Shown here: in pieces, positions 46,307 through 58,304 of the stretch
Numbering within the stretch: the stretch's first letter is position 1
Layout of the letters: each line of letters opens with the position of its first letter
From: Selaginella moellendorffii
Taxonomy: Eukaryota > Plantae > Lycopodiophyta
Length of the DNA: 64,000 nt
Assembly: GCF_000143415.4 (NCBI RefSeq)
Contig: NW_003314380.1
Coordinates: 144,924-208,923 of the forward strand
Direction: 5' to 3'
Translations under genes and position numbers: made by a program
Notes under the pieces: model-generated
Databases searched by the model: none
Seen by the model: only the letters and a program-made list of their open reading frames with translations
What the model was told of the DNA's origin: nothing

Positions 46307-47221
46307 AGCTAGACTGCGATGGACACACGTTATGCACATAAAACCAAAAAAGATAGTCTTACACGCCTCTAGCGATTAGAAGCTATCTAGAACCATTATT
46401 AACAAGAACATTTAAAATTCAGGGGTAGCTGCGCACAAACCTGTTACTGGCTGTCAACGAGTGAGCATGTGCTCTTTGACAGAACTGTTCTGGTGGTTAC
46501 ATGTTCTCAGAATCCTGGCTATAACTCTTTTTGATCCAACAGCCACCGATAGTCTGATTAACTTATTGCCCCCATAAAGAACCAAGAAAAGATTAAATGA
46601 GTACTGAAAATTGTTATACATTGAAATGCATAGGCTATATTCCTATATTTTTTAAGGTTAATAACACTTTATTAACTATTTAAGAACAACAAATGTCTTC
46701 TGTGAATGGACCTCTCACGCCTGCCACACACAAAATTCCATATATAAAAAGGATTTTTGAGATTTCATTAATCTCTTGAGCAACGATCAGAACTAAAAAT
46801 ACAAAGTGTTCTACTATCCTCGTTGAGGGATGCTTGGTGTGAAAGATACCTCTTGCTGCATAACAGGGATGCTAAGAGATGACAGTACCTCATCAAGGCT
46901 CATGTTTGAGAGGCTTAAACAACATCTTTGCAAGGAGCTCTTGCCACAACATTCTAGACTGTGAGTGAAGATTAGCAACCCACCCATTGATCCTCTGTAG
47001 ACCAAAGTTCATCAAGCAGCAAGCCTGTAGCTTAAAGCCAAGAGGTATGCAGTGATCATCACTTTAGTTTAAGTAAATTTGGTTTTATTTCGTCCCAGAT
47101 ATTGGATCTTTAGCAGAGATCGACATTATCTATCCACATTTGTCCTGCTTCTCCCATGGTATTCTTCATTGCCTTTTAAACGATCGTGGCATCTAGACTC
47201 TGTGGCAAGCGAGAGCCAATC

Positions 47222-50200
47222 TGAAGAGAAGAAGAGCAGAAGCTATGATGGACAAGGACGACTCGAAGGATAGTCCTATATAATATCATAGATATATATA
47301 CATGATCAAGAGACATGCCTCTAGCCTACACCTGGATCAGTGAAGTGGCACTACTGCCACCTAGGATCATGTCATAGAGAGCATAGGATACTCTGTCAGC
47401 GCCTCTACTTGCAGCCCTCAGTGCCTCGTCCCTCCCGGCACTCACCTCTACAATGTCAAGTGCCCAGCAAGGCTCTGCTCAGGACCTCTGCACGCCCTAG
47501 CGCCTTGCTCAGCACCCTAGCACAGTCTTTGCTCAGCCAGTTTCTCACACCAGCGCCTCACTCAGTGCTCCAGTACCACTCAGTGCCTTAAGCCAGCCCT
47601 CTCTCAACACCTCTGCCAGCGCCTCCACTCGATCACGCCCTAGGGCCTTGCTCAGCTTGCTAGTGCCATTATCTTGGTGCTCAGTGCAGTGCAGTGCCAA
47701 ATCTTGGCACCTCTCAGCCACATCCAGTGGCTCATCATCATCCTCATTGGCCTCCTCCTCAGCCAATGCCATTGTCCTATATAATATCAAGAGACATGCC
47801 TCTAGCCTACACCTGGATCAGTGAAGTGGTACTACTGCCACCTAAGATCATGTCATAGAGAGTGTATACCTCAACACTCCCTCTCAATCTCGATGACATG
47901 AATCTGAGATCACTCTCCCTCTACATCCAAGCACTCTATTGTATCCACAATAGGAATCTGTCTCCCTCTCAGAAACTTACAGCTCTACCTTTCTAGAACC
48001 TGTGGCCTAGATGTCCCATGGCCACCTCTCAGGATCTCCCTCTCAGGAAACAGAAAACACTTGTCTAAACACAACAAGGATGGACCATGGAATACCTCTG
48101 ATCTCTCACTATCCTTGGCTGAAGCTCCCAATGTCTTAGCCTCGATCAAGCCTCCTCGGCCAGAGTCCTAACAACTCTCTCCCTCTGCTATGGAGCCCTC
48201 TCACAGCCCAACACTCAGCATTGCCTCTGCCTGCTTGCCTTTGGATAGCAGTCTAATGCTCCATATGTGCTCCTCTGTCCAGCCCACCAGTGCCCTAGCA
48301 ATCCAAGCCCTCATGCCTCTTTAGTGCCTTGTGCCTCTATGCCCAGCACTCACCTCTGCTCTCTCAGCGCTTGTGCCAGCACCTTAGGACCATGCTCAAC
48401 ACCCTAGCACCTTGCTCAATGCCTCTAATTGCAATCTCTACTTGCCTAGCCCTCTCTCAGCACCTCTACTAGCACCTCTCTGCTTGTGCCTCACACCTCT
48501 CTCAACGCCTCTGTCAATGCCTCAAGGCCGTTCTCTAACACTAGCACCTCACTCAGCACTCCAGTACCACTCGGTGCCTCAAGCCAGCCCTCTCTCAACG
48601 CCTCTACTAGTGCCTTCGGGCCAATGTCTACTTGATCACGTCCTAGTGCCTTGCTCAGCTCACTAGTGCCATTATCTTGGCACTTAGTGCATTGCAATGC
48701 CAACTCTTGGCACCTCTCATCCACGTCTGGTGGCTCATCATCATCCTTCGAGTCATCCTTGTCCATCATAGCTTCCACTCTTCTTCTCTTCATGGTATCG
48801 AAGCCTTGAGGGCTTCAGATCCTGGGACAATGGTGCTGCCCGAGGAGGAGGCCAATGAGGATGACGATGAGCCACTAGACGTGGCTGAGAGGTGCCAAGA
48901 TTTGGCACTGCACTGCACTAAGCACCAAGATAACAACACTAGCAAGTTGAGCAAAGCGCTAGGACGTGATCAAGTAGACACCAGCCCGAAGGCACTAGTA
49001 CAGGCGCTGAGAGAGGGCTGGCTTGAGGCACCATGTGGTACTGGAGCACTGAGTGAGGCACTAGTGTCAGAGAGCAGCCCTGAGGTGCTGATAGAGGTGC
49101 TAAGAGAGGTGTGAGGCACAAGCAGAGAGGCATTGGCAGAGGTGTTGAAAGAGGGCTGGGCAAGCAGAGATTGTGATCAGAAGCACTGAGCAAGGTGTTA
49201 GGGTGCTGAGTATGGTCCTAAGGTGCTGGCACAAGCACTGAGAGAGCAAAGGTGAGTGCTAGGCATAGAGGCACGAGGCACTGAAGAGGCATGAGGATTT
49301 AGATTGCTAGGGCACTAATGGGCTGGATAAAGGAGCACGTATGGAGCATTGGAGTGTTGTCTAGAGGCAAGTAAGCAGAGGCAATGCTGAGTGCTGGGCT
49401 ATGAGAGGGCTCCATAGCAGAGGGAGAGAGCCATTAGGACTTTGGCTGAGGAGACTGAGATGATGGGAGCTTCAACCAAGGACAGAGGTATTCTGTGGTC
49501 CATGCTTGTTGTGTTTAGATAAGTGTTTCCTAAGAGGGAGATCTTGAGAGATGGCCATGGGACGATCTAGGAGGTAGAGAGCCATGGGTTCTAGAGAGGC
49601 AAAGCTATAGGTTTTTGAGAGGGAGACAGATTCCTGTCATGGATATGATAGAATGCTTGGATGCAGAGGGAGAGTGATCTCAGATTCATGTCATCGAGAT
49701 CGAAAGCCCTCACACTTCAGCATTGAGCTCGTGCTCTTTTGTAGCCCTTTCACAGCTCAGCACTCAGCATCGCCACTACTTGCTTGCCTCTGGACAGCAC
49801 TCCAATGCTCCATACACACTCCTCTGTCCAACCCACCAGTGCCCCAGCAATCCAAGCCTTTGTGCTTCTACACCCATCACTCACCTCTAGCCAGTGTCAA
49901 GTGCCCGGCACCTATGTTAGTGCCTCTGCCTTGCACACCCTAGCGCCTTGCTTAGTGCCGTAATGCAGACACTGCTCGGCCAGCCCTCTCTTAGAGCCTC
50001 TGCCAGCACCTTCGTGCCTTGCTCAGCACCCTAGTGCAGTCTCTGCTCAGTAGCGCCTTAGGTCACTCTCTCACACCAAGCCCTCGCACCTCTGCCTGCA
50101 GCCCTTAGTGCCTCGTGCCTCTACCCTACAGGGTCCAGCGCTCACCTCTGCTTGGTGCCTCTCTCAGCGCCTCTGCCAGCGCCTCCAGGCTGGTCTCTGC

Positions 50201-50554
50201 TCGATCACGCCCACCAGTGCCTCAGCAATCCAAGCCCTTGTGCCTCTTTGGTGCCTCATGCCTCTACACTCAGCATCACCTCACGCCTTGCTCAGCTCAC
50301 TAGTGCCGTTATCTTGCGCTCAATGCAGTGCAGTGCCAAATCTCAGCCACATCTGGACACACCTCAAGGCTCTGATACCATGAAGAGAAGAAGAGCGGAA
50401 GCTATGATGGACAAGGATGACTTAAAGGATAATTGTATATAATATTATAGATATATATACATGATCAAGAGACACACGTCTAGCCTACACCTGGATTAGT
50501 GAAGTGGCACTACTGCCACCTAAAATCATGTCATATAGAGCATATACCTCAACA
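47222..50554 (-). mobile_element. Non-autonomous LTR retroelement (TRIM/LARD-like), 3333 bp, internally rearranged
   Basis: TG...CA ends. 5-bp TSD caatc at 47217-47221 and 50555-50559. 174-bp LTR at 50381-50554 with adjacent tRNA-Met PBS (TGGTATCAGAGC on the minus strand, 50369-50380). Other LTR copies at 47222-47385 and 47775-47876, the latter next to a polypurine tract (gagagggag, minus strand, 47877-47885). No gag/pol motifs seen. Confidence 0.88.
47886..49700. repeat. Long inverted repeat with about 0.85-kb arms (47886-48747 and 48857-49700) and an about 110-bp spacer containing an LTR end plus PBS
   Basis: Outer ends atctcgatgacatgaatctgagatcactctccctc and gagggagagtgatctcagattcatgtcatcgagat are reverse complements. 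Inner ends tggctcatcatcatcc and ggatgacgatgagcca also pair. Confidence 0.88.
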
Positions 50555-51079
50555 CAATCTTCCAATGCTCCACAGCAAGCGCACAATTAAGTGGCTGCTC
50601 GTACATGAAAGGCCATCCAAGCACGAACAATAGTCTCCAAGAGAGAATTCCATCCACAACAAGTGAGAAATGCACCCATGGAAGGATGCGGGAGAACCGA
50701 CATATTAAGCAAGAAAAAGAGGTAAAAGAAGAAGCTTACCTTGAGTTGAAGAGCCCAGGAAACAAATTTGCATTTGTCATAACTTGGATCTTCGAAAAGT
50801 TTTCGAAGCTCTGGTCATATCACCCATAGGAAAGGATAATCACTTTGCACGAGTCCTGAATAGAGTTGCTTGATATGGTCGGGAAAAGCACTGGCCATGC
50901 TTCCAAAGGAGATGTAGATGACTGATTTGGATGGCTGCTCGTCCAGCCAGTCAAGGCAGCTCATATCTTCCGTCCAAAAACCACACCTTTACTGCTCGAG
51001 TTCGTCCACTCCAACCTGGCCCTCAAATGCAAATGACAGGAGCAATGGACCGATTGGAACGAACCGTGGATTATATGTT

Positions 51080-52237
51080 TCCACGCTCGCCAGTTCAGGA
51101 TTTGCAAGGTGACTCTGATTTCGTACCCGGGCTCCCTCCATTCACTGGACGGGATTTTTCTTTCCATGTTCAAGAAGTCCACCCCATAGATCCTGACTTC
51201 TGTATCCGGTATAGCAGGAACCAGATCATACAGAGTGACGCAGGGGTGTTTATAAACTCTTTCCACGAGTAAGTTTTGGTCAAGCCCAAAACTTTGATAT
51301 CTTTCTTGTCATGGAAATCGATCCAAAAGTCCAATTCTTTTTAGTTTTTTGGAGAAATAGAGGAATGCTCACTAAAGAAAAAAGACACAATGGAAAAAAT
51401 ATTACATCTGAGTCCAGAAAAAAAGAAGCTGTTTACATATACCTTGCTCGATGTGAGATGGATTGTGGCTACTGGCAGTGAACGATGTGGCGCATTGGCA
51501 GAAATCGTCCAGACATCCCTGTGCTTTTCACTCTGGAAAGAAGAAAAAAGAGAGTCGATCAAGCTATCGATCATCAAGAACATATCTTACGGGATGAGAG
51601 GGAATGGTAAGATCAGAGATTATTCGAGATATCATGGCAGATGATTCTCTGCCTAGAGTGCCTTGCATACTCACCGACGTCCTTCAAGACATCGCTCGTT
51701 CGGGATTTGCAAGGTCTCTCTTTCAACATTTTCTGCTTTGTGGCTTAGCATCCAGAATGGTCTTCTTGTGCTCAAGGAAAATGGACTCCTGCCACTAAAA
51801 GGTATGCTTTTCTTTTATTCCAGTCTGAGTTGATTTTTTCTTTAAATAATTTTTTAGGCACTTCGAGGATTATTGATTTCGTACCCGGCCTCCCTCCAAT
51901 TGCTGGACGGGATTTTACTTTGCAAATTCAAGAAGTCCACCCCTTAGATGACTTCTCTATCATGTATAGCAGGAGCCAGATCATACAGACTGACGCATGG
52001 GTGTTTATGAACTCTTTCCACGAGTTGAAAGACCTGTGGAGCATTGGAAGATTGGCTTTCGCTTGCCACCGAGTCCAGATATGCCACAATCGTTGAAAAG
52101 GCAGTGAAGGATATGATGGGAGAAGCAGGCCAAATGTGGAGGGACAATGTCACGAAGCTTGCCATCTCCGCGAAAGATGCAGTCTCTGATGGAGGTCTTT
52201 CACATCGAAACTTGGAAGCTTTTACGTGTACAATGGA
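51080..52237 (+). pseudogene. Scrambled UGT fragments (51080-51270 and 51613-52237) flanking a copy of the ART-like gene 3' end
   Basis: DFVPGLPP..GRDF, EIIRDIMADDSLPRV, VEKAVKDMMGEAGQMWRDNV; large internal deletions; PSPG box missing. Confidence 0.85.
51272..51612 (-). pseudogene. Duplicate of the last exons and 3' flank of the ART-like gene (matches about 60915-61273)
   Basis: Identical exon SEKHRDVWTISANAPHRSLPVATIHLTSSK with its splice sites. Confidence 0.88.
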
Positions 52238-53993
52238 GTATGGACTTCACTTTCGTTGTGCTATTAAGAACATTGGCCATGAGCATGTAGGCCGCAGAGT
52301 CCTTGGCATTGAGCCTCTCGAGAGCCTCGAAAGCAATCCTCGCCACCGCCAGGTTCCTCCACTTTTGAGACGCCGCAAGAACACTCGTCCAAGTCACAGC
52401 GCTGGCCCCCATTGGCATCGATCTGGCCAGCTCCACCGCCGCCTCGAGCTGGTTGCCTCTCCCCAGCAAATCCACCATGCAATCGTAGTGCTCCACACGA
52501 ATGGTGCAAGCTCCATGCTTTGCGCGATCGAGCATCGCATCGAAGTATCTTTTTCCCAGCTCCACAAGCCCCTGGTGGCTGCAAGCCGTGAGAACGCACG
52601 TAAAGCTTATCTCGTCCACCTTGAGGCCCTGCTCTTGCATTGCGTGGAAGAGCTCCAGCACGGCTTTGCTCTTGCCTTGACGGCTATGCCCCGCGAACAG
52701 TCCGTTCCATGTCGCCGAGTCAGTCATAGCCATGCAATCGAAAAGGTGGTGCGCGGAGGCGATGCTTCCACACCTTCCATAAACGTCTACTAGAGAGTTT
52801 GCGAGAAGTGGCTCAGATTCTAGCCCGCACCGACAAATCCTCGCGTGAAAGAAGGCTAGTTTCTCGATGTTGGCCAAGTTGCCGCAGGCTTTGAGAGCCG
52901 CGGTGAAGGCTTGGGCATCCGGCTGGAAGTCACGCAGGAACTCCGAGAACAAGTCGAGAGAAAGTTGCGACTCTCCATTCTCGACGTATCCAGCGAGGAG
53001 CGAAGTCCACGAGATTGGAGTGTGGAGCTTCATCCTGTCGAAGACTCCACGGGAATCCAGTAGGCTCCCACACTTTGCGTACAAATCCACCAGCGTGTTG
53101 CTCACAAATACGTGCGCCTCGGATCCTTGTTTCAATGCCTCGGAGTCTAGATCCATGGCTTTCTCCAGTGACACCACCTTGACGAGCTTCCCATTTACGT
53201 CTACGCCAGCTTCTTTAGATGCTAGACTCATGCAGGCTTTAAGCCCAGTAACAAGCGCGCCAACGTCGAGTTTGCAGCCACTTTCCACCATCTTTGAGAG
53301 CAAAAGAAGCCCAATCTCAACTTGCCCATTGACGGCAAATGCAGACACTAGAGCAGTCCAGGAGATTACATCTCTTTCAGGCATTTTGTCGAAAACTTTG
53401 GCAGCGTCCAAGGTGCTACCGCAGGTCCCATACATGTCTATCAAGCTGTTGGCCACGAAAATGTCTATGCGCCCGCGAGAAACAGCCTTGGAGTGGAGTT
53501 CCATGCCTTTGGCAAGAGCCCCGAGCTTCGCAAGCTCTCCATTTGATACCACTTGGCCCGTTTCTTTCACTGCCAGGCCACTACAAGCCTTGAAAGCAGC
53601 CACAAAGGTTCTGCCGTTCAAAGACTCCAGACCCAAACGCTCGGAGACGGACGAAAAGATCTCTAGACAAAGTTGCTCGTCGCCGTTTTCGGCATAGCCA
53701 AGCAGCAACGCGTTCCAGGACACCAGGCTGTGGCACGCCATTCCGTGAAAAACACGAGAGGATTCCTCCATGCTTCCACACTTTGCGTAGAGATCGACGA
53801 GGGAATTCAAGACAAAGATGTCGAGATGGAAGCTTTCGAGGAGCTGAGAGTGGACGAGCCGAGCCCTCTCCAGGCTGTGTAGTTTGAGAAGAGTGCCTCG
53901 AGTGATCTGTGCATTCTCTTGAGCTGCGACGGAGACGCAATCTTTGATTGTGGCCATGGCTTCTCTGGCAGCTCTTTTGAATCCTCTCGACAT
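52200..53993 (-). CDS. PLS-class PPR protein ending in an E-type motif, no DYW domain
   Basis: IFVLNSLVDLYAKCGS and DVISWTALV repeats; EHYDCMVDLLGRGNQL...AYMLMANV. Confidence 0.9.
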   Translation of the reverse strand: MSRGFKRAAREAMATIKDCVSVAAQENAQITRGTLLKLHSLERARLVHSQLLESFHLDIFVLNSLVDLYAKCGSMEESSRVFHGMACHSLVSWNALLLGYAENGDEQLCLEIFSSVSERLGLESLNGRTFVAAFKACSGLAVKETGQVVSNGELAKLGALAKGMELHSKAVSRGRIDIFVANSLIDMYGTCGSTLDAAKVFDKMPERDVISWTALVSAFAVNGQVEIGLLLLSKMVESGCKLDVGALVTGLKACMSLASKEAGVDVNGKLVKVVSLEKAMDLDSEALKQGSEAHVFVSNTLVDLYAKCGSLLDSRGVFDRMKLHTPISWTSLLAGYVENGESQLSLDLFSEFLRDFQPDAQAFTAALKACGNLANIEKLAFFHARICRCGLESEPLLANSLVDVYGRCGSIASAHHLFDCMAMTDSATWNGLFAGHSRQGKSKAVLELFHAMQEQGLKVDEISFTCVLTACSHQGLVELGKRYFDAMLDRAKHGACTIRVEHYDCMVDLLGRGNQLEAAVELARSMPMGASAVTWTSVLAASQKWRNLAVARIAFEALERLNAKDSAAYMLMANVLNSTTKVKSILHCTRKSFQVSM

Positions 53994-54100
53994 TCATGAT
54001 CTAAAATGAAGGTTTAGTTAAAGGTAGAGCCCTAGTTAGAAGATAAAGGTATAAAGTTAAAGGAAGGACCCTAGTTCTGTGAAATTAGGGTTCATATCTT

Positions 54101-54750
54101 ATGGTGGAGCAGCAGCAGAGTCTCCATGACGCGGCCAGGGCGGGCGACTTGGATGCGATTAGATTGGCGCTGGCGGCGGATCCGGACGCTGTGAACAAGC
54201 GCGATCGCCACTCCCGCACACCGTATCCTTTGTTTCTTCAATCTCTTGCTTTGGTTTCTTGACGAGCCAGGAATGGGCATCCAGATTGCATCTGGCAGCG
54301 TGGGCGGGACACGCCAATGCCGTGAAGCTCCTCTGCGAGGCGAAATCTCCTGTCAACGCCGCGGCGATGGATGATATGTCGGCGCTCCACTTCGCGTGTC
54401 AAAAGGGCCATCTCCAAGCCGTGAAGGAGCTCTTGGGCGGTGGAGCCTCCATCAATTCGCATTCCAGAAAGGGGCTCACTCCACTGCACTGTGCTGTCCA
54501 GGGCAACCACAAGGATCTTGCAACTTACCTGGTGAGGCGAGGGAGCAATCTCTCCGCCAAGAACAAAGCAGGGAAGACTCCCGGCGATCTTGCAAGCTCC
54601 GAGCTGCGCGAGGCCATCGAGGGCGAGAGCCTGGCTCTCAAGGCCAGGAAAGAGGCCAAGGCCGAAGAGCGAGCTGCCAAGGTCCAAAAGACCGCCAAAG
54701 TCTCTCTCACTCACTTAGAGCAAGAGGATCACGTCGAGCAAGAGGATTGA
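54101..54750 (+). CDS. Ankyrin-repeat protein, 2 exons
   Basis: LHDAARAGD...DRHSRTP|LHLAAWAGH, MSALHFACQKGH, GLTPLHCAVQGNH, GKTPGDLA. Intron 54223-54284. Confidence 0.9.
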
Positions 54751-54903
54751 AAACATAGGACCTCTCACCTCGAGCAATACAAGATCGATCGAAGATCACC
54801 ACTGCGAGTGAGAGGATCACGAGCAAGAGGATTGAAAGTATAGGATCTCTCACCTCGAGCAATACAAGGTCGACGATATGAATCGAAGATCACCGCAGCG
54901 AGT
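54726..54903. repeat. About 90-bp imperfect tandem duplication spanning the gap between the convergent ankyrin and PPR stops
   Basis: gagcaagaggattgaaa..ataggatctctcacctcgagcaatacaag..cga..gaagatcacc occurs twice. Confidence 0.8.
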
Positions 54904-56560
54904 ACATGCTAGAGAGCATCACATACGGCGTTCCATCCTCGGGTTCTAGCTCCGCCACAAGCCGGGCAGCTCTGTGACCCTGTTCGTCCATCCCCTCCAC
55001 TTGGGTCTTGCAAGCGCTCAGCAAGTGCATCCACGAGTAAACATCCGGCTCGAATGGCATCGCCGCCATGAGCTCCTCCGCCGCCACCAGCCTCCCGGAT
55101 CGTCCCAGCATGTCCACCATGCAAGCGTAGTGCTCCATCTGGGCTTCCACTCCAAAGTCTCCCACGCCAAGCTGGAAGTAAGCTCGGCCGCCGTGAACCC
55201 GCCCGGCGTGGTTGCAAGCGCACAGCACGCTCACCAGCGTCACCTCGTCCGGGCTCACGCCTTCGAGCGCCATGGCGTGGAAGAGCTCCAGAGCTTGCCT
55301 CCCGAGCCCCTGCTGCGCGTAGCTCGCGATCATCGCAGTCCAGGATACCGCGTCCTGCGTGTGGAGCCGCTCGAGCACCGCGCGAGCCTCGCGCAGGCTG
55401 CCGCATTTCCCATACATGCTGATGAGCGAGCTCTCGACTTTGGAGTGGTAGAGCACAGAGCCACTCTCGGCGATGGCGGCGTGGACCATCCTTCCATCGC
55501 TAACCGAGGCCAAGTCGCCGCAGGCCTCGAGCGCGCTGATGAACGCGACTTCGTCCGGCCTCTCGCCCTCCAGGATCATCCTCCGGAAGGTGAGGAGCGC
55601 CTCGTCGAACTCGCGGTTCCGGCAGCACGACGAGAGCATCACCGTCCAGGACACCACGTCCCGCCGCTTCATCCTCTCGAAAGTCTCTCTCGCGTCGGCC
55701 AGGCTCTGGCACTTACCGTACATGTTGACGAGCGAGTTCTCCACCGCGAGCTCGCCGGTGAATCCGAGCTGGGCGATGCTGGAGTGGATCTCTCGGCCTC
55801 TGGCCAAGCTTCCCAAGTTGGCGCACGCATCCAAGCCCCCCGTGATCGTCACTGCGTCGCCCCTGACGCCTTCCAAGTCCATGACGCCGAAGAGCCTCAG
55901 TGCCTCGGCCGAGTCTTCGTTTCTCACGTAGGCCGCGATGAGAGCGTTCCAGGACACCACATTCCTCACGGGCATCTTGTCGAAAAACTCTTTCGCTTCT
56001 TGCAAATGCCCGTGTTGGGCATAAGCCGTCACCATGGAGTTCCAAGTCACGACGCTTCTCTCGCCCATCTCGTCAAACAAGTCGCGAGCTTTCTGGAGAT
56101 GGCCTTTTTGGGCATACGCGGCGATCATGGTATTCCACGAAGCAGCGTTTTTCCTCGGCATCTTATCGAACATACTTCTCGCCGTGTCCATATCCCCTCT
56201 CTGGGTATAAGCCGCGATCATGGTGTTCCAGGTCACTTCACATCTCTCGGTGGCAGCATCAAAGAGTTCCCTGGCACCTTGAAGATGGTGGCTCCTCACG
56301 TAAGCGGCGATGATCATGTTCCACGTATAGAGGTTCCTGTGTCTCGGCCCGGTGCCATCGAACACTTCTTTGGCGTCCTTGAGGCTTCCACACTTGCCAT
56401 ACATTTCGATCAAGAGGTTTCGCAGGAAGCCGTTCTTGTCGAGGCCGGCAGTAGCGATTTCAGCGTGGACACGCTTGCCTTCTTCCAAGTTTTTGGAGCT
56501 CCCACACTTTCGCAGGAGGGGAGCGTAGTGATCCAAGTCGTGAGGACTGATCGAGATCAT
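54890..56560 (-). CDS. PLS-class PPR protein ending in an E-type motif, no DYW domain
   Basis: Run of S-type repeats (VTWNTMIAAY..G), EHYACMVDMLGRSGRL, MPFEPD, PYVMLSSMY. Confidence 0.93.
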   Translation of the reverse strand: MISISPHDLDHYAPLLRKCGSSKNLEEGKRVHAEIATAGLDKNGFLRNLLIEMYGKCGSLKDAKEVFDGTGPRHRNLYTWNMIIAAYVRSHHLQGARELFDAATERCEVTWNTMIAAYTQRGDMDTARSMFDKMPRKNAASWNTMIAAYAQKGHLQKARDLFDEMGERSVVTWNSMVTAYAQHGHLQEAKEFFDKMPVRNVVSWNALIAAYVRNEDSAEALRLFGVMDLEGVRGDAVTITGGLDACANLGSLARGREIHSSIAQLGFTGELAVENSLVNMYGKCQSLADARETFERMKRRDVVSWTVMLSSCCRNREFDEALLTFRRMILEGERPDEVAFISALEACGDLASVSDGRMVHAAIAESGSVLYHSKVESSLISMYGKCGSLREARAVLERLHTQDAVSWTAMIASYAQQGLGRQALELFHAMALEGVSPDEVTLVSVLCACNHAGRVHGGRAYFQLGVGDFGVEAQMEHYACMVDMLGRSGRLVAAEELMAAMPFEPDVYSWMHLLSACKTQVEGMDEQGHRAARLVAELEPEDGTPYVMLSSMYSLR

Positions 56561-56603
56561 GGAACATCAACCTCTTAACGAGCCAGAAAAATTACCAAAA
56601 GAA

Positions 56604-58187
56604 TTACTGTACAGTCTTGATGCCTGCTCTTGACAGCATCCATCTCTTTCCTATGTAGAAGGCGATGGCAACTAAAACCAAACAGAGAGATCCAACCCAC
56701 CAGCGAACTCCCCACGATGTTTTCTCGGGAACTTCGGGGACTTCAAGCAAAGCATCGACCTGCAAAAGGCAATCAATCAATCACTGCTAGAAAAAATGCG
56801 AAGGCAAAACAACACACCTCGATCGGTGGTTTGGTCCAGTTGGCAATGATCCCTGGAACGTGACCTTGTCCGACAACCGCAACAACGGAGGCGTGCTTGC
56901 TGCACGCGCTTCTCAGTGTTGAAGTCATGAATCTGCTCGAGCAAGCCAAAGCAGAAGAAGATTTACGAAGCGTACATCGAACTTACAAGTCTCTTTCCGT
57001 CAGGAGAGCGTTTATAAGCGAGGGAAAACTCTTGACATATTCTCCCAGGAGCTTTACAGTGTCCTCGGAGAGCTCCTGAAGCAAAGTATTTAAGGGAACT
57101 GCTCTATAAAAAGTTGGCAAACCATTTTGTCAACCCACGGTAGGCAGATTATACTCAAGAGTAAACTCCCGCCCAGCTTCATCTTTTGCCACAGTGTCAA
57201 CCCCGCCGTAGCTCGTTGTAGTGTAATCTAAAGACGAACAAGTCACTAGACTGACAAAAAGTCATACACTACTTACCGAGGCAAGCCGGTCCCCGAGAAT
57301 AATTTCCGCATTGCACGCGCGTCCTGTATTGTAAGCTCTTCGGAATTCGTCCCCCGGTGAAACTCCCAGCCTTTGAGCAACCTGAACGTCTATAGGTTTG
57401 AAGTGATTTACACCTACGAGGAAGGATACCTTTGCGAGGAGGTAAGAATACAAGTTTCCAAGGGTATTCCCTTGCTTTGATCGCCAGGCTTCTAGCATCT
57501 TCTTTACTGTGGGAATCTGAGAGGAAAACAAAATGAAATACTAATCCATAAAAACGTACTTCATGAATCGTTGGTTGCAAAAGCAAAGAGCGTCGTTCAC
57601 TGCATAACTCAAGAAAAACTGCCTGTTCACGAAATGAAGAACAAAAAGGTGAAATGTAGAACAAAAAGCGAAGAAAGCTAAACCTCTGGTTTGACGAGCT
57701 TGATCACGGCTTCAACGAGATCGCACGACTCCTGCTATTGTATTTCAATTTCACAATTTCATGAAACAAGAAGCAAAAAGATACCATGCTAACGCGAAGG
57801 AAGAAAACTAAATATACTTCCCTTAGAAACATGCGATGTGCCGACGATATAGACCGTAGACTCAAGGCCGGTCTCCCCCGAAATGTGATGAATGATTTTC
57901 ACAGACTTTATCATCTTCTTAGGCAACTCGCGGAGAGCCTCTTCTTCTCCCTCTTCTTCTTCTTCTTCTTGTCCTTGACCTTCTCCTTCTTCGTCGCCTC
58001 TTCGATCCTCCTGTTCCTCCGCCCCGGCGTGTTTATCAGACCTCTCCGTCTCTACTGAGTCCCCAACACGATCCAATCGATCGCTTCCGGGATCCGCCTT
58101 AGAATTCTCCAAGCGATCCGTCTCGAATGCGGCGGGAGGAGCATCATACACCTTTCCCGCGGCGTCTCCCTTCGTGCTCTGCGCCAT
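56604..58187 (-). CDS. TraB-domain protein, copy A; first intron has a non-canonical GG donor, so it may be defective
   Basis: VYIVGTSHVSK, VFLELCSER, PGDEFRRAY, ILGDR, LLTERDL|FM, VVAVVGQGHVPGI and a C-terminal TM tail. Exon-1 junction reads AAG|GGAAGT. Confidence 0.78.
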
Positions 58188-58304
58188 GCTCCGCACTAAA
58201 ACCTCACTCAATATCAACGGTTCTCTTCGTCATACATTTTAAAGCCCGCGAAAAGCCATTCGAAGCGAAGTACCATTCTTCTTTGCAGGCACCGCGATCC
58301 TAAT

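Larger units (their letters stand above)
47105..51070 (-). pseudogene. UGT pseudogene (3' half) interrupted by the LTR element
   Basis: 47105-47221 and 50555-51070 are contiguous pieces of the UGT 3' half (...gagagccaatc | ttccaatgctccacagc...) with deletions. Confidence 0.85.

Noticed and set aside
47340-50442. Several 80-145 aa ORFs inside the LTR element (e.g. EEEANEDDDEPLDVAERCQ)
   Set aside because: Repeated, stop-riddled translations of the element's internal repeats; no gag, protease, RT or integrase motifs.
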